Source: Vicugna vicugna
Lineage: Eukaryota
Assembly (NCBI GenBank): GCA_013265495.1
Contig: MU061579.1
Coordinates: 5,640,963-5,704,962, forward strand
Reading direction: 5' to 3'
Length of the DNA stretch: 64,000 bases
Both the position numbers and the translations under genes were made by a program. Below the pieces are notes generated by a model. The model saw only the letters and a list, made by a program, of their open reading frames with translations. It did not search any database and had not been told where the DNA came from. Position 1 is the stretch's first letter; every line of letters starts with the position of its first letter. This document shows, piece by piece, positions 39,001-53,707 of the stretch.

Positions 39001-40721
39001 CATAAAATATATCCCGTTTTTAGTCAATAAAAAATTCAAATTTTTAAGAAAGATTAATTGGCAATTGAAATTTACAGAGAGATTAAAATCTATAATCAAT
39101 ATCACTATATAATTTAAGCCTATAATTAGTGCTTTTATACTTAGTAGAAATGAAATTCTATAAAAGAAAATAATCATACCAAATAAAACTATCTACATAT
39201 ATTAACATATAGTAAAAAAAAATAAGGCATTTTTAAGAGAAGTTTATTTTGTGTCAATTTTAAGTGAGAAGGATATGTTTGATTTTGAAATACCTTTTCT
39301 ACTCAATTCAGCTTTTAAAATCAAAACATCTTAAATATCTACATTATGTATCAGGACTTCATTGTTAAGACTGATAAAAATTTGGACAGGTCTATGATTT
39401 AGAAATGGTATTTAAATGTAAGTCATTCAACTGCAATTCCTTAAGTTCTTAGAACACCTGAATGATCTATAAAAAGAACCCATCATTGTGTTGTCAAAAT
39501 GAGTGATTATGGCTTTATTGTCAAGAACAAATGATTACAATTGTTTTAAACACGACTTTAACATTTTTGTAATTACACACAAATTACATTTTTGCAATAT
39601 TGTCAACTAGGGTGAGTCAGATTTCTGATTTTTGTGAAATAAAAGAATAAAAATATAAAATTTTACAGTTTAATTTTTTATTACTCATCCACATATAGAA
39701 ATATAAATGATGTATTTATTTCTATCATAATTAAATGTGACTACCTACAAATATTATTTCACTCAAACCTTAGTAAGAGGGTCATCTTGATGGCAAAGCA
39801 AGGAGCACCTAAGCTATGAAAGGCAGATTTCTTTGGCAACCAATAGGAATGTGTTATTCAATAGACCTGCCAACTTCTTTAGACCTGACAGTATATCATG
39901 CTGTTACTTATCTCTTCATATCTCTTCTCAAACCCTGTCACTTGGCAGAGTAAAAACTTTCTCTGGTCTTTGCCAAGCAGATCTTCAACAATAGTCAGTA
40001 AAATCATTTTTTATGCCTAAATAAAATGGAAAGAATGTTCCAATTAACTGAGGGTTCTAGAAGTCATGGTAGTGCTTTTCTAAACACTATTTTATTTCCA
40101 AAGATTAGCAATGTGCTTAGGTCAATATATGTGCACCCCTGGATGAAAAAATGAATGAATCAGTGAACAAAAAATTCTCAAATATAAAATATTTTTCAGA
40201 TTTGTATTTGAGATTAACATAAGCCTCCCATCACTTCTTGAGGTTCTAGAAATGTAAGGCAGCATTCAATTGAATAATGTATTATGCATTTTAAATGCAA
40301 ATTGTAGTCTTGCTTGCTTTATGCCACATTTTCAGTGATTAACAAGAAGAGTTAATTCTAAGCCAACTTGGAAATGCAAATGTTCTTAAAAAAATCAAGT
40401 CAAAGTTTTTAAACTTCAGACTTTTTCACGATTTATGGTGAAATTGAAATATGTTGCAATGTTTTTTTAATGAGAATATAGTGTTGCCAAAAGGGCCAAA
40501 AATGCTGATTTAGTGTTCTCCCAGTTTTTCACTTTGTTTTTTTCAAATTAAAAAGCACAGAGACTAACATGAACACAAGTTGTTCACAGCACTCAAAGTT
40601 ATATGTATTTTCTTAACTCCATCTGCCATTAGACATTTCCAGTAAATAAATAGTGTATATTGTTCCAGTGCATATTTCTATATATAATACATATGGAAAG
40701 CCATAAACTTTAAGATGATAC

Positions 40722-40820
40722 TTTTTTCTTGTATTTTTTATTGAAGTACAGTCAGTGACAATGTGTCAATTTCTGGTGTACAGCACAGTGTCCCAGTCAT
40801 GCATATACATACATATATTT
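40722..40820 (-). mobile_element. Very short L1 3' tip
   Basis: ttttttattgaagtacagtcagtgacaatgtgtcaatttctggtgtacagcac, near-identical to 53711-53763; degenerate TSD taagatgatactttt / tgagatgacacctttt. Confidence 0.85.
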
Positions 40821-40839
40821 ATGAGATGACACCTTTTAT

Positions 40840-41930
40840 GAATGTTCGTAATTCACATAAGTTCTGTCATTCTATTCTGTCTCATAGAAATTTGCTACTT
40901 TCATTTAACGTAATGTTTTGAAACCACATGCATGTTGATACATGTAGATCAAGGAAAATTTTTTTTTTTGCTACACAGAATCTCATATGATTATGAGGAA
41001 TTCTTCCTTTGATCATTGACTGTGATTATGAAATTGCTTATTCAGTTTTTATTGGTTAATTTTATACTTATTTTTATACTCATTTGTTTTTTTGCTTATT
41101 TGAACATTTAGAATATCTTTTGTTTTACAAAATATTTAATATTTAATTTAATATTTATTTTAATATGTATTTAAAATCATAAAGAATTTATCAGTTCCTT
41201 AATATACTTGCTTTTTGCTTTTTAAGATATATTTCCATGTATCAAGGTAAAAAATTTTTCTCTAAGTTTTATTTTCTGAAGACTTAATTGTTTTCATGTG
41301 ATTATTTGACTGATTTGATGTCTAATATGTTGTTTTCATATAGTTAGTATTTCTAACTTTTGGAAAAGTTGTTAAACTTTTCTTGATTATTTATAAGGCT
41401 TTCTCTCTCAAATTACAGCAAAATATCTGTATATTTTTGTCCTCTGACTCCTTATTCTAGTCCACTAATCTATTTCTATAATTTTATACAAAACTATTAG
41501 ATTTTAAGTAGTATATTTTTATGTCTTGATTTCTAGACAATGTGAAAATTGCCTTACATTCTTTGTGTTTCTCATGATAGACAGCTTTGAAGACCATTTG
41601 TTATAATGCTATTGTATTTTGTCTTGCTTTGCTTTAAATGAAAATCTACTGTCTTTCAATCATCCTTTTCAATTTTCTTTTAATCATGTTTTGTGTAATT
41701 TTGTTAAATTCATTCTTAAATAGTTTAAAATTTTGCTGCTATTTAAAACAGTGTCTCCACAGGAGTACTTTATTTTGGAATCAGTTGTTATTGTTTTTCT
41801 AATATTATTGCTTCCTCCTCCTCTCCTTCTCTTTATCCTCTCTCCATCTCTCTCCCTCTGTCTTTCCTATTATTGCCTTTGAGATTCAATAGTGTAGTGA
41901 TGATGAGCAAATTGTCTTGGTGGCAATATT
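40840..41930 (-). mobile_element. Highly degraded old L1 (L1ME-like) fragments
   Basis: T-rich antisense L1 wording: catgcatgttgatacatgtagatc; ttattctagtccactaatctattt; ttttgttaaattcattcttaaatagtt..aattttgctgctattt. Confidence 0.55.
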
Positions 41931-41974
41931 CTCATGAATGGGATCTCTCTTTCTGGCTGCATCTCACTCGATTC

Positions 41975-42173
41975 CATACTAAGAGAGTTTACCGTGCTTT
42001 AGGGCTCATGTAATTACATGGGACGCATCCTAAAAATCCATGATCATCTCCCTATTTTAATGTCCTTAATCTTAATCTCAACTGCAAATTTTCTTTTGCC
42101 ATGTAATGTAACATATTCACAGCTTCCAGAGGTTAGGGCATTGACAGTTCTCATGGGAAATCTGCCCACTACA
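41975..42173 (-). mobile_element. MLT1 LTR fragment
   Basis: gcttttagggctcatgtaattacatggg...atccatgatcatctccctattttaa...cttttgccatgtaatgtaacatattcacag..tccagaggttaggg...tctgcccactaca. Confidence 0.8.
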
Positions 42174-42289
42174 CATGGCACAGGAGAGGGTATCATAGCT
42201 CTTGACTCATGGTACAAGGTACAGGAGTTCATACGTGAATGTCTTGTAAGAAATTGATAGGGATATAATAAAATTACATTATAACACAT

Positions 42290-42420
42290 AAATAGCACTT
42301 ATTACTGTGAGAAACATTGTTGAAAACATTTCATTTTTAGTCCTCACAGTTGTGTGAAGTAAATAGGATTGATGTCCTAGTTTTATACATGAGGAAACTG
42401 AAGCACAGATTAGTTAACAT
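42290..42420 (-). mobile_element. MIR fragment
   Basis: tttagtcctcacag..tgtgaagtaaatagg...ttttatacatgaggaaactgaagcacaga. Confidence 0.75.
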
Positions 42421-42432
42421 ATATAGCAACTA

Positions 42433-42671
42433 AAAAGAAAGGAAGAGAGAAGGAAGGAAGGAAGGAGAAAGAAAGAAAAAAGGAAAGNNNNNNNNNNNNN
42501 NNNNNNNNNNNNNNNNNNNNNNNNNNNNNNNNNNNNNNNNNNNNNNNNNNNNNNNNNNNNNNNNNNNNNNNNNNNNNNNAAGGAAGGAAGGAAGGAAGGA
42601 AGGAAGGAAGGAAGGAAGGAAGGAAGGAAGGAAGAAAAGAAGGAAGGAAGGAAAAGAAAGGGAAAGAAAAA
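42433..42671. repeat. (GGAA)n purine microsatellite spanning an assembly gap (N at 42488-42579)
   Basis: Directly visible. Confidence 0.95.
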
Positions 42672-43429
42672 AGTTGGTTTTGACTCTGCTAAAGACGGGA
42701 CGACTACATTGTTTCATAAACTGTATGGTTTAGCTCTTTAGCATTTGTCTATCTTCAAGAGACAATGTGTCTCAAACTGATATAATTTCTCTAGCAAGGT
42801 TACATTTATAGTTATTCATTTTCATCCATATTGGGTTGCAGACTATTCCCTTTCCCCCAATGACGGTTATCAATAAAACAGGCAGATATGGAAGAAATTG
42901 CTGCCTTAAATTGGAGGAAACTGTCACGAAGGATTATTTTTCATATGCATGAGTCCTCAAAAGACTGTGCAAGATCATTCTGAGTGACAGGAGACATCCT
43001 ATCAGTAAGAAATATCACAAAAGCCATGATAAAAACTTTGTGCTACAGCAGACTACTGCATTTGAATTAGGTACACAGTGTACCAGAAAGGGAAGAAAGA
43101 GTATTATATAAATATTATATAATCTTGACCAATTCTATCATTTTAAAAAGATAAATTAATTACAAAAAGTGGGAAATTAGCATAGTAATGTCTAGAGCAA
43201 TATCATTTGAGAATGTAAAACTAGTCGTTCTTGACTTGTATTTTCTAATTTTTCTACCAATGATTCAGAGCTCAATTTATTCCTCTGTGGCTTTAAAAAG
43301 GAATAAATGTTAGGTAGGGAAATTCTCACCATAATTATTGGTATTTTGTGTCTAATTTTTCCTCTAATGCTTTTTGGATCAAAAATAAATATTAACACTC
43401 TGGATATTTACTTTTTATTTAGAATGACA

Positions 43430-43612
43430 TCCTCTCTCAGTCTCCTCACTGTGACCTCACTTTTGTGAAAATGATCCTATGTTTGCATTCATCATATATC
43501 TGTCTTCTCATCAAAACAACAAGTTCTTTGGAAATGAGTGCTGTATTATCATTTGCAAAGTGCTGACACACAGGAGACATTCAATACATGTTTGTTGACT
43601 GACTGAATAAAT
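43430..43612 (+). mobile_element. L2 3' end
   Basis: tctgtcttctcatcaaaacaacaagttctttggaaa...acacaggagacattcaatacatgtttgttgactgactgaat. Confidence 0.65.
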
Positions 43613-44329
43613 CAGTGGAACTTGCCTTCTCTATCATGATGAGAAAACGAGACACAGTGAGCAGTGGAGTAAACCAATATTTGGATAAGAAGGAAATATG
43701 TCCAAAAGGAAATGGTCAGCATTGCCAAATGCTACAAAATGATTAAGGAGAACAAAGACCAAGAGGCGACAGCTGTCAGATTGTAATGAGAAAGAATGTG
43801 AGTGCAAGGTAAAGAAAGTGCAGCAGTAGAAGTGAAAAATAACAATCTCTCTTGTAGAAAATAGAAGTAAAAAACTGGTCATAGAAACAGTGCACAGCAA
43901 GGGCAAATAAGCTTGTTTGCAAGGGAAGGACTTAGGTTAATGCAAAAGAAAGGAAAGAGTACGTTGTGCAGTCAGAACAGAAGCAGGGAGAAAGAACTTA
44001 TTAAGTTTACTTTTACAGCAATTCTGTGAAGTATTCTTACACTTATATTGTTCTCTCTAAAATTTCATTCTTCTGATTGAATCAGCACTTTTATAAAAAT
44101 TGGTATTGCATATGCTTAAAAAAGAAAAAAAATGTATGAATTAAATTTAATGATCAATTTTTACATTGCTTGTTTATTTACATTATGCCCCATCCCATGA
44201 AGCTATTCAGATGGTTGATGACAAATAAAATTTGTTGAAATGTTATCAATGTAAGATGCAAGTAAAAGAAAACTATTTTGCAACCTAGAAGTCAGTTCAG
44301 GGCAGAAAATACATATGGAACATACACTT

Positions 44330-44683
44330 TTTAGTTGCAGACTCTATGCGAGGTAATATACTACAGAGGTGCCTAAGAGTTCCTGTCCTTGATGGGCATA
44401 CAGTTTAATGAGAGAGATAAATGTACCAACTTCAATACAGGCATTAAAATAAAGACATGCACAGTGTGATATGACAGCAAAGAAGGGAAGGGCATTTCAG
44501 AGGAGTTTTCTAGAGGCATTGATAACTGATTAGAAATGGGAGGAGACAAAGAATTACAGGATACATCCCAGATTACAGATTCATGTACCTGGGATAAATT
44601 ATTTTATTNNNNNNNNNNNNNNNNNNNNNNNNNNNNNNNNNNNNNNNNNNNNNNNNNNNNNNNATATATCATATATAATATGG

Positions 44684-44715
<32 letters not shown>

Positions 44716-45300
44716 TACACATACATACATATATGTGTATATGTATGAAGTTTAACTGACATGATAATAAGTATTTGTTCATAATTTGAACATTACTAGT
44801 TTAAGACATCTTTGAGACATACAGACCTGACTTACAAGCAGGTAAATAGACGAGTTAGAAGTGCAGGTTGAGGGCTAAAGAGAGGTATTGGGAATCGTTA
44901 GTATATTGATGGAATATTCAATCAGGAGAGTAAATTAAGACAAACAGAAAGAAAAAGAAGTACAATCAACTGGTTTACAGCTCCTTGGAGATCCAGTGTT
45001 TAAGGGTCAAATATAAAAGTCAAAGCCTCTACCCACCCCAAGAAAGAAACCCAAGCCCATAAAAGTGCATACAAAGGACTAGGAACAAAAAATCAAATGA
45101 AATAGTGTCATTAAACTAGAAAGAGGCAAGAGTTTGAAAACTGACTGTTAAACAGCATTAGAGAGTCTCATTAAGATAAACACTGAGGGATCCACGTTAG
45201 AAAAACAGCTTTAATAGAATGGAAGGAATAGAAGCTGTGTTAATATATTTGAGGCTGGGTAATGTAGAGTATAGCTATCTATGACTGGATAATTTTGACT
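44330..45300 (-). mobile_element. Degraded L2 fragments, with an assembly gap (N at 44609-44663) and a (TA)n/(CA)n repeat at 44664-44746
   Basis: ttcctgtccttgatgggcatacagtttaatg; atttgaacattactagtttaagacatctttgagacat; ccttggagatccagtgtttaagggtca. Confidence 0.6.
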
Positions 45301-47099
45301 TGGCTGAGAGAGTAGTCAGAAAATCCGGAAAACCTAAAAGAAAAATGTAGAGAGGCTATAAAGAGACAATTTTAGCAAGAAATCCGAATGACTTGCATAC
45401 ACAACGGATGCACTGAGTGGGTTGATGTTAATGGGCGCAAATAAGAAACGGCTTTATTTTTATTCTATTCCTGCGTTCAGTTAGGCTCTGCCAGTTCTCT
45501 CACATCTACTCTTAGATGATGTCAGTGAATCCCAGAGCTTTCTCTTTACTCTTATTTTGTGATTAGTCTCATTTGGATGATTGCTATTCATCTTCAGACA
45601 TTATAGAGTCCTGTCCAGTCTGTGTCAGACTTTAATCTCACAGCAAATACAATTATTTATGTTATTCTGGGCTCACAGCAGAACCATGGCTTAGCATCCT
45701 TCCCTGGGGGAGGTATGGGAGCATGATCTACCCTGAAGCTCCTGTTTCCTGCAGAGTTGTAGGATGGGTGTAGTGTAAGTAGTAGTTCTTTCTGCGGATA
45801 TTGATGCTTTTTGTGAACAGGAAATACAATTTCCTGTGCAATACATTTTGAGGGCTCATTCAGATAAGCCTGTAAGGTTCAGCAGATAATCAGCTAAGTC
45901 TCCTGTCTTTACAGGCATGTCAGAATTCACCAAGGAGCTCTCTTGCAGACCCTAAGCAAGGTTTTAGGTGCCAGGAGCAGGAGCCCTAAGGGATGGGATC
46001 ATAAGAAATCAACTTTCATGAAAATGTACTTCCCACATCAGGGATCTGTCATTCTATGCCTTAATAAGTCTTCCCAAAAATGTAAATAAAAGAAAGGAAG
46101 CCTAAAATCAGCAACATTTAAATATGTGTGATAGAGCTATCATTGAAGTTTGAATTAAAGTAGTGGCATTCATATAAGGATTTTACCTGTTGACATGATC
46201 CGTTTACCTCTCCCCCCAACTACAGAAGAGCCACTAGTGTGGGAATGAATTGAGGTGGTGGGAGAAAAGGAATAACAAGAGATCAGGTGGTGCTTCTCTT
46301 CCTGCTGCAGGTCCTTGAGCCTAAGATCAAGTTTCAAACTGGATTTGGAAGCTTTGAATTGAATGTGAGATTGATATATTAAATTAAACTAGACTGAAAG
46401 TTTAAATGCTTAAAAGTACACCTCAAGTGATACTAATGTAATAGTAGAAAGGAACTAATGAGCTAAATACAGGATCAGACTGTCCAATCAGCTAAAATCA
46501 GAGATCTCACTGAATGTCAAGCTCTACTAAATAATTAAAGGACGTCGGCAAGCAAGAGGTACAGTAGAACAAAAAGAGCTCTGGGGAACTGAGGCAGTTC
46601 CCTGGGGTCCCCACGTTTCCATGTCTGACATACATCTCTGACACAGGAGAGATGAGGTCCCTAATGAGTTTGTCAAGCACTTCACACAGTGGCAAGAATT
46701 TCATGTACGACACGTCTTCACTTTGTATCAGAGATACCATAGCTTGCATAGACCTCTCCAGGGTGTCAGTTCTCAGAGATCCTAAGTTCTACTCATTACA
46801 GGTTATTCTTAGGCAGAGACAGTCTACGAAGGGATTTTAATAAGTTCTCTTCCTCTCAGCAGATACCTTTTTTTTTCTATTTACTTGAGAATACAGGTAC
46901 AAGGAAGGTAATCTGTTTCGCCTGTTTTATGTATTTTTTTCCTCTGGAGGTTCCGCTCCTGTTTATTCTTAACTGGAAAGTTCTGAAATCTTCCTGTGAT
47001 GTTATTAAAAGGAAAGAAATATACAGTAGAGCATGTTTGAAGTTAGAACTCAGGGTGATAAAATCAAGAGATGATAAAACCTAGCATTCAAGGCAATAC

Positions 47100-47640
47100 T
47101 ATTTAAATTGAAATGCCACGTCACACCCAGAAAAATGACAAGAATAAGAAGTTATATAGTATCAAATATTAGATAGATGTTAATAAAATATAACTTAGAA
47201 ATTTCACTTTGCAATACAAAAACATCTTGTAATAATTCATGAGAGGATAGGTATGAGAGTGTTCAATGTAACATCATTTGTGGTAGCAGAGAGTAGGAGC
47301 CAGCCTACATACTGATCTCTGAACAGCTGGGTATAGAAAATGTGGTAAATATCACCATAGAATTCTATGCACAGTTAGAAACAACAAGATATATGTAATT
47401 AGCAACATAGCTACATTTCAACACCATAGTGTTGAATGAATAACAAGGACAGAATAGCAAAATGCCATTACCATATATTTAAACATGTGTAATATACACG
47501 TAAAATAGCAATACATATTTTGCAAGGGCACATAGTTTTTCACATGTATACATATGTGTTTGAGTAAATGCCAGTGGGGATCAGAGTATGAGCATAAAAG
47601 GAATACAATTGATCTTAAATGTTAAATATTAAAATAAGGG
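47100..47640 (+). mobile_element. Old L1ME 3' fragment
   Basis: aaatgccacgtcacaccca; gtatgagagtgttcaatgtaacatcatttgtggtagca; aaaatgtggtaaatatcaccatagaattctatgcacagttagaaa. Confidence 0.65.
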
Positions 47641-50600
47641 AGGCATTCTACTGATGGTGATAATATGCTTTACATTAATGAAAATGATTACTCAATCTTT
47701 TGAACCTGTGATCTACAAATATATTTAAGGAAGAAAGGGAAGAGAGCAATAGAACGGTCTGTATGAAAGTATAGATGGTGAATCTGATAAAGGTGTTATT
47801 TTTGTGGAGTGTAAATATAGTTGTTGTTGTTTTGTTTTGCTTTCTTAAGGGTGGGAGATGTAATTACATGCTTAGAATGAAGAAAATAGGCAAGTAGGGG
47901 AAGCATTCACAGCATAGACAGAGTTTCTGAGAGAGCTAAAGTAACTTTTTCCAAGGTAAACAGCTACTGATTGGACATGCCAAAATGAAAACCCAAAGTT
48001 CTGACTCCAAATTCAGTGGTTTTTCTAGCATATTTATAAATTGTGTTCATGTAAATGTAAAATCATTCGAAGTATTAGATTCATAGAAATAGCTCATGTT
48101 CATTTCTAAACTGTTAATAAAGTATTCATTTCTGTATTTATTTTGACTTATTGTACAAGCTGAAATGTTTACTCAAATGTGGTTTTAACATCTTTATTAG
48201 GCTACTGTTATGACTGTGCTGTGAAAACTCTGGAAAACAATATATCTATATTGAAAAGATGTATCGGATTTAAGACTAGAAGTCTTTAGCAAAAATTTGC
48301 ATTTGAGTCACTATATTTCCAGTTATCTTTATGATATGTACTGATTTTACTCAATTATAACACAAGTATTTTTCATTTTTATAGTTAACTCACTGTATAC
48401 ATTAGAAATTTTAGAAACAGACAGAATTATAAAACCAGTATTAATTATTACATGTGCTTTAATTTCTATTATTTAGTAACATAAATATTATGTCTTCTTA
48501 ATTCAGTAAAGGCTTATTCTTGGTAATATTTACCATTTTTAAAGAAAGTGCATAATTTAATATCTGTAGTATAAGTAAGCCTATCTCCAGTGTCTAAACT
48601 CTCAGAAATGAAATTTTGTTTTTAAATGAAGACTATCATATAAAATATTTGCATTTTCAATAACTACACTATATTAATCCCTACAATTTCATCTACAACC
48701 TGTAGTAATTGTTCATACATACACAGTAATTATAATAGAAAAGTCAACTATAATCTCAAACATCTCTATTAATGTAAACAGAAATTATAAATCCCTTCTT
48801 ATAATAAAAATCAAGTGACTAACCTTCATGCAGTCATAGTTCAACTTCTATAGGAATATACAGGTAAGACTATTATTATTTCTAGAAAAACCTACAGGTA
48901 ATTTTATTAGTGATATCCAAATTTGTTTCAAGAAATTCTTCTTTCTCAGTATGACAAACATGGAATAAAGATGATGAGTTTACTATAATGTGTCTTTCCT
49001 TTCCTTTCTTCCATCTTCTCTGGTTTGAGTTGTTTTTTTGGTTTTTGTTTTTTCTTTTTCATCATTAACACTGCTAACTTCTTAATGAGTGATCAGAAGC
49101 TATGATACAAGAAATAAAGAAAGTACTAGTGGTCAGAAAAGTAAATTATTTAAAGAAAAATAGCAGCATGTAAAGTTACTTTATCACTGACTGGGTAAGG
49201 AAGTTGACTTGTACTAAAAGAAAAGAAATAGGGGAAGCAAAAGAGCTATGATAAATGGATACAATCAACTATAGATAAATGACCACAATGATCTGACTTG
49301 TTCACTTATAATCTTCTGAGAAACATTTAATTTCAATGAAAACTGCTGAGTTTTTTGTGGATTTTTTTTTTTTGCTTTTGCTCAAATCTTTATATAATGT
49401 ATTCTTTCCTTGAGCACAGCTAATAAAAGTGAACAAGAATACATATTAATCATTTAATAAAGAGTTTCAGGAAACATGCAATGGAGGTAAACATTTCTTT
49501 TTCCCTCATTTTAATACGGGTATGTCATCATTGTATTGTTTCTCATACAATGATTTTACATTTCTCCTATTCTAATAATGAGTAACTGGGATAGCCAGAA
49601 GCTGTGAAATGAAAGGAGTTGAGTTCTATGTCTCTTAGTTATTACTGTGATAGCTTGAACAAACCTCTTACTCTATGAAATGTAATATTATTTAAATGGA
49701 AGACTAATTAAAGATAATGTTCATGAAAGTAGTTTGGAAGCAAAATGCTACGGTGTTAAGAGTCTGAGATACCTGCTTTTGAGTCTTTCTATATGTGTGA
49801 TGCCCTGGGCATCACATATTATGGTGCTGAATCTGAATTTCCTTGCATTTAGTGATTATAATGCTTACATGATTTGTTGTTCAAAGTAAATATTTTAGAC
49901 TTAGTACAATGCCTAACATAAAATACAGACAAAAATTATAACTTTCCTTTCACTACCTGCTTATTAAAAGAAAAAATACATTTGTCTTCACATTTTGCCA
50001 GTTTTGATTCCCTTTATTAAAATACTACTGAGTTGAACAGTTACATTTAACAGTTTTTATATATTCATTGCCAGGTTTCAACATTAAACCTTAGGATTTT
50101 AAAAAAGTGTTTGGGATAAAAGAAAATTAAAAAATCCAAAGTTATGAGCTTTATTTCTTACTATTTTTTTATTTTAAAATTTAAAAAAATTAAGAAGTTA
50201 TTACCATATTAAAGAAAAATATATCCATTAAAATATTTTTCATTGCATTATATATCCAATTGACATTTATTGAGAACTTTAGGTGTGCTAGTTTTTATCC
50301 AAGTTTGATAGATTACAAAGAAATATAAGAGTAGTCCTATCTCTCCAAGGACTAAACGGCTTTTTGGGGACACTATACGGTGAGCAAATATTTGCAATAA
50401 AATAAGAGAAGTGCTGAGCGAAATGTTCACACATGGTTAGGAGATATTGACAATAGAATGACTACTTGCATTGAGTTTGAGGACACTTCATAGAGAAATG
50501 AGCATTAACTAGACTCTTCAAGAAAAATATTAGAAAGGTCTCTGATGTTTGAAAATGGAATAATCAAGGAAATTATAAGCAAAAGAGAATAAAGGGAACA

Positions 50601-51034
50601 CCGTATAAAATGTGGATGGATAGATGTTACACTTGGTGTGCCATGCATAGAATGCAGAAAGCATATGTAGAGAGAAAATACTACACACATTTTTGTATGA
50701 AGTTGACAATTGCAACTTTATTCAGAGCTCATTTTAAAAATGTTAAGTATCAACATTGTTTTCATTGTAATTTTAACTTTGGAAAGGAATTTAATAATGT
50801 TCTTTCTGTTACCTTCTTTAAAAAGTTATCATTTTTCATATATTACTAGTATTCTTCTGAGTTACTACTTTTTTTTTTTTCATTTTCCTACTTCTGGACT
50901 AGAGAGAAATAATCTGGTAATTAAGACCATATATTTCTGTACTTATTTTCTGTTTACATTAATCATTACTTATTAATTCCAGATATATCCACTAAAGACA
51001 TTCTGTGGATCAGGCATCGTGCTAGATCATAAAT

Positions 51035-52175
51035 TTTGAGTCAAAAGGAATCAATTAAGATAATCAAAAGAAATCCACAGATTGGGAGAAAATATTTGCA
51101 AATAACATATATCTAGAGCACCTGTATCTAAAATATACAGAGAACTCTTAAAACTCAACAATAAGAAATAAACAAACAACCCAATTTAAAATGGGCAAAA
51201 GATCTAAACAGACACCTTACAAGGACGATACAGAGGTGACAAATTAGTGCATAAAAAGATGCTCAACATTATATGTCATGAAGAAAATGCAAATTAAAAG
51301 AGTAGTGACATACAGCTATATACATTAGAATGACCCAAACACTGACATTACCAAATGCTAGTAAGAATGTGGAGCAATAGGAACTCTCATTCAGTGTTGG
51401 TGAGAATGCAAAATGGTACAGTCACATTGAAAGACAGTTTGATGATTCTTACAAAACAAAACATAGTCTCTGCATAAGATCTAGCAGTCTGATTCATAGG
51501 TATTTACATAGAGGAGTTGAAAACTTGTGTACATACATAAACGTGGATGCAAATATTTGTAGCAATTTTATTAAAATTGCCCAAATTTGGAAGCAACCAA
51601 GATATCCTTCGTATGTCCAGCATATGAATGAATAAACGAACTGTGGTACATCCATAAGATGGAGCATTATTCAACAATACAAAGAAACACTCTGTTAAAT
51701 CCACAAAGACATGGAGTGATCTTAAATGCAATCTGCTAAGTGAGAGAATACAGTCAGAAAAAGCTACACACTGTAAGATTCAAACTATGAAACATTCTGG
51801 AAAAGAAAAAAACTATAGAGACATTAAAAAGATCTGGAAGTTTATAGAGAGAGGAGGGTTAACTGGTGAAGTACAAGAGATTTTTAAGGCAGTATAACTA
51901 TACTGTATGATATTGTAATGGTGAATTTACGACATTAGGCATTTGTCAAAAACATTAAACTGTACATCACAAACAGGGAACTCTGGTGTAAACTGTAGAG
52001 TGTAGTTAATAATACCCATATTAGTCCATCAATTGTAACAAATATATCACACTCATGTAAAATGTCAATAATAATGGAAATGGAAGGGAGGTACATGGGA
52101 ACACTGTACTTCCTACTCAGTTTTTCTGCAGATCTAACAACCACTTTAAAAATAAAATCTGTTAATTAAAAACAA
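51035..52175 (+). mobile_element. L1M (MB/MC-type) ORF2 end and 3' UTR
   Basis: acagattgggagaaaatatttgcaaa...aactcttaaaactcaacaataag...aaaagatgctcaacatta...atgtggagcaataggaactctcattc...gggaacactgtacttcctactcagtttttctg...aaaaataaaatc. Confidence 0.92.
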
Positions 52176-53200
52176 ATTTTAAAGAAAGTACAAAACATAG
52201 TTGAAGAATTTCTAGAAAACAAAGAAAATAAAAACACTATATAGAGGAATATTTATAATACATCCAAGTGTTCAGAGAAAAAATACAAAGCTTTAAGGAC
52301 TTATGTAGATTTTTAAATTAAATTATTAACCAATTTTTTATCAATTTTTTAAAAATTCAGTAATAACAATAAATTAAACAAAGATAAAACAGAAGACTCA
52401 ATTATGAAATCAATATTCAATAGAGAGCAAAAAATATAGCTGGATTAAATTTATAAAGCTAGTTCTTTGATAAAAGAGCATAAAAAAGACAAAACTATTT
52501 AAATCAAGGAATAAAAGTAAGGAAATCAAACGTATAGCATAAAGAATGATTAGAGGGGAACAAAATTCACAGATAAAAATAAGTTTCATAAAACATGAGA
52601 ATATTTATTTCTGATACTATTCAAATAAAAATGTTTTAAAGTAGATGAAATGGGTAATATAATAGGATAATTAAGTTCACTTAAACTGATCTTACAGAAA
52701 ATATAAATTTAAAGTGACTAGTTCCTACAGGAGAAAGAGAAAAATGTGTAAAATGTTACTTCCCATATTGTACAAAGGACAGATAAATAAAAAGATAGAT
52801 AAACAGATAGATAGATAATAGATAGATAGGTAAACAAGAAACACAAGGGATAAATTATTTCATAGGCAAATTCTAACAAATCTCTAACCAATCAATAATC
52901 TCATACTAGTTAAATTATACCATGACATAAAGATAAACATTTTAAATAAATTCCTAGATCTTAATGAAAATATCATAAAAAATGATTCACAAAACTTAAT
53001 TGACTCTCACCAGAGATTATTTCAAGATTTCAAAGACGTTTCAATGTTAGAAATTCTGTTTATATAAAGTGTCAAATTTATAAACCTTAGAGAGAAAAAC
53101 CATTTGTTCATCGCTATAAATGCTGAAAAGGCAGCTGGCAAAAATCAAAACAATTCTCTATAAATATACTTAATAATAGAGAAAGTCTAGGTTAACATTT
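52176..53200 (+). mobile_element. Older degraded L1 ORF2 fragments, including (GATA)n at about 52793-52830
   Basis: agagaaaaaatacaaagcttta; aaagctagttctttga; ttcataggcaaattctaacaaa; ataaatgctgaaaaggcagctggcaaaaatcaa. Confidence 0.7.
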
Positions 53201-53299
53201 ATTAATCAGTTAAGATCAAATTAAAATTTTAAAAAGCACAAAAACATATATATAATTGAATGCACTTAAAATAAGAATAAAATTTACAATAGGCTGTTG

Positions 53300-53625
53300 G
53301 CGGCATTTACCAGGAGACCTAAACTATCCCACAGGTTTGAAAAGCTTTGCCCAAGGAACTGATGTTTGAGTTGAGATCTGAAGGATAAATATGGGATAAA
53401 ATAGAAGGAGGGATGTCTGAGCGTAAAACACAGCACAGATGGTAGTTCTGAAGATAGAAGAATCATGGCCAAAAGAAAAACTGAGAGGACAGTATGTCTG
53501 AAGGGCAGAAGAGGAGCGGTACTGAACCAAAGAAGATGTAGAAGGAAGTAGAAGAGGAACAATGTCATGATGTCCTATGGGGAAGTCAGGAAGTGATTTA
53601 CTTAATAGTTTAAGATTTGAGTAGG
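53300..53625 (-). mobile_element. L2 fragment
   Basis: aaaagctttgcccaaggaactgatgtttgagttgagatctgaaggataa...aagatttgagtaggtag. Confidence 0.65.
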
Positions 53626-53707
53626 TAGCGAGGGAGAGGATGGAAAGAAGAGACTACCAATTGGCAAAGTAATGGAGTATGTACACAGATTCTCAGATTA
53701 AATGATA

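Noticed and set aside
42488..44663. N runs as biological features
   Set aside because: They are assembly gaps at microsatellites (42488-42579 and 44609-44663).
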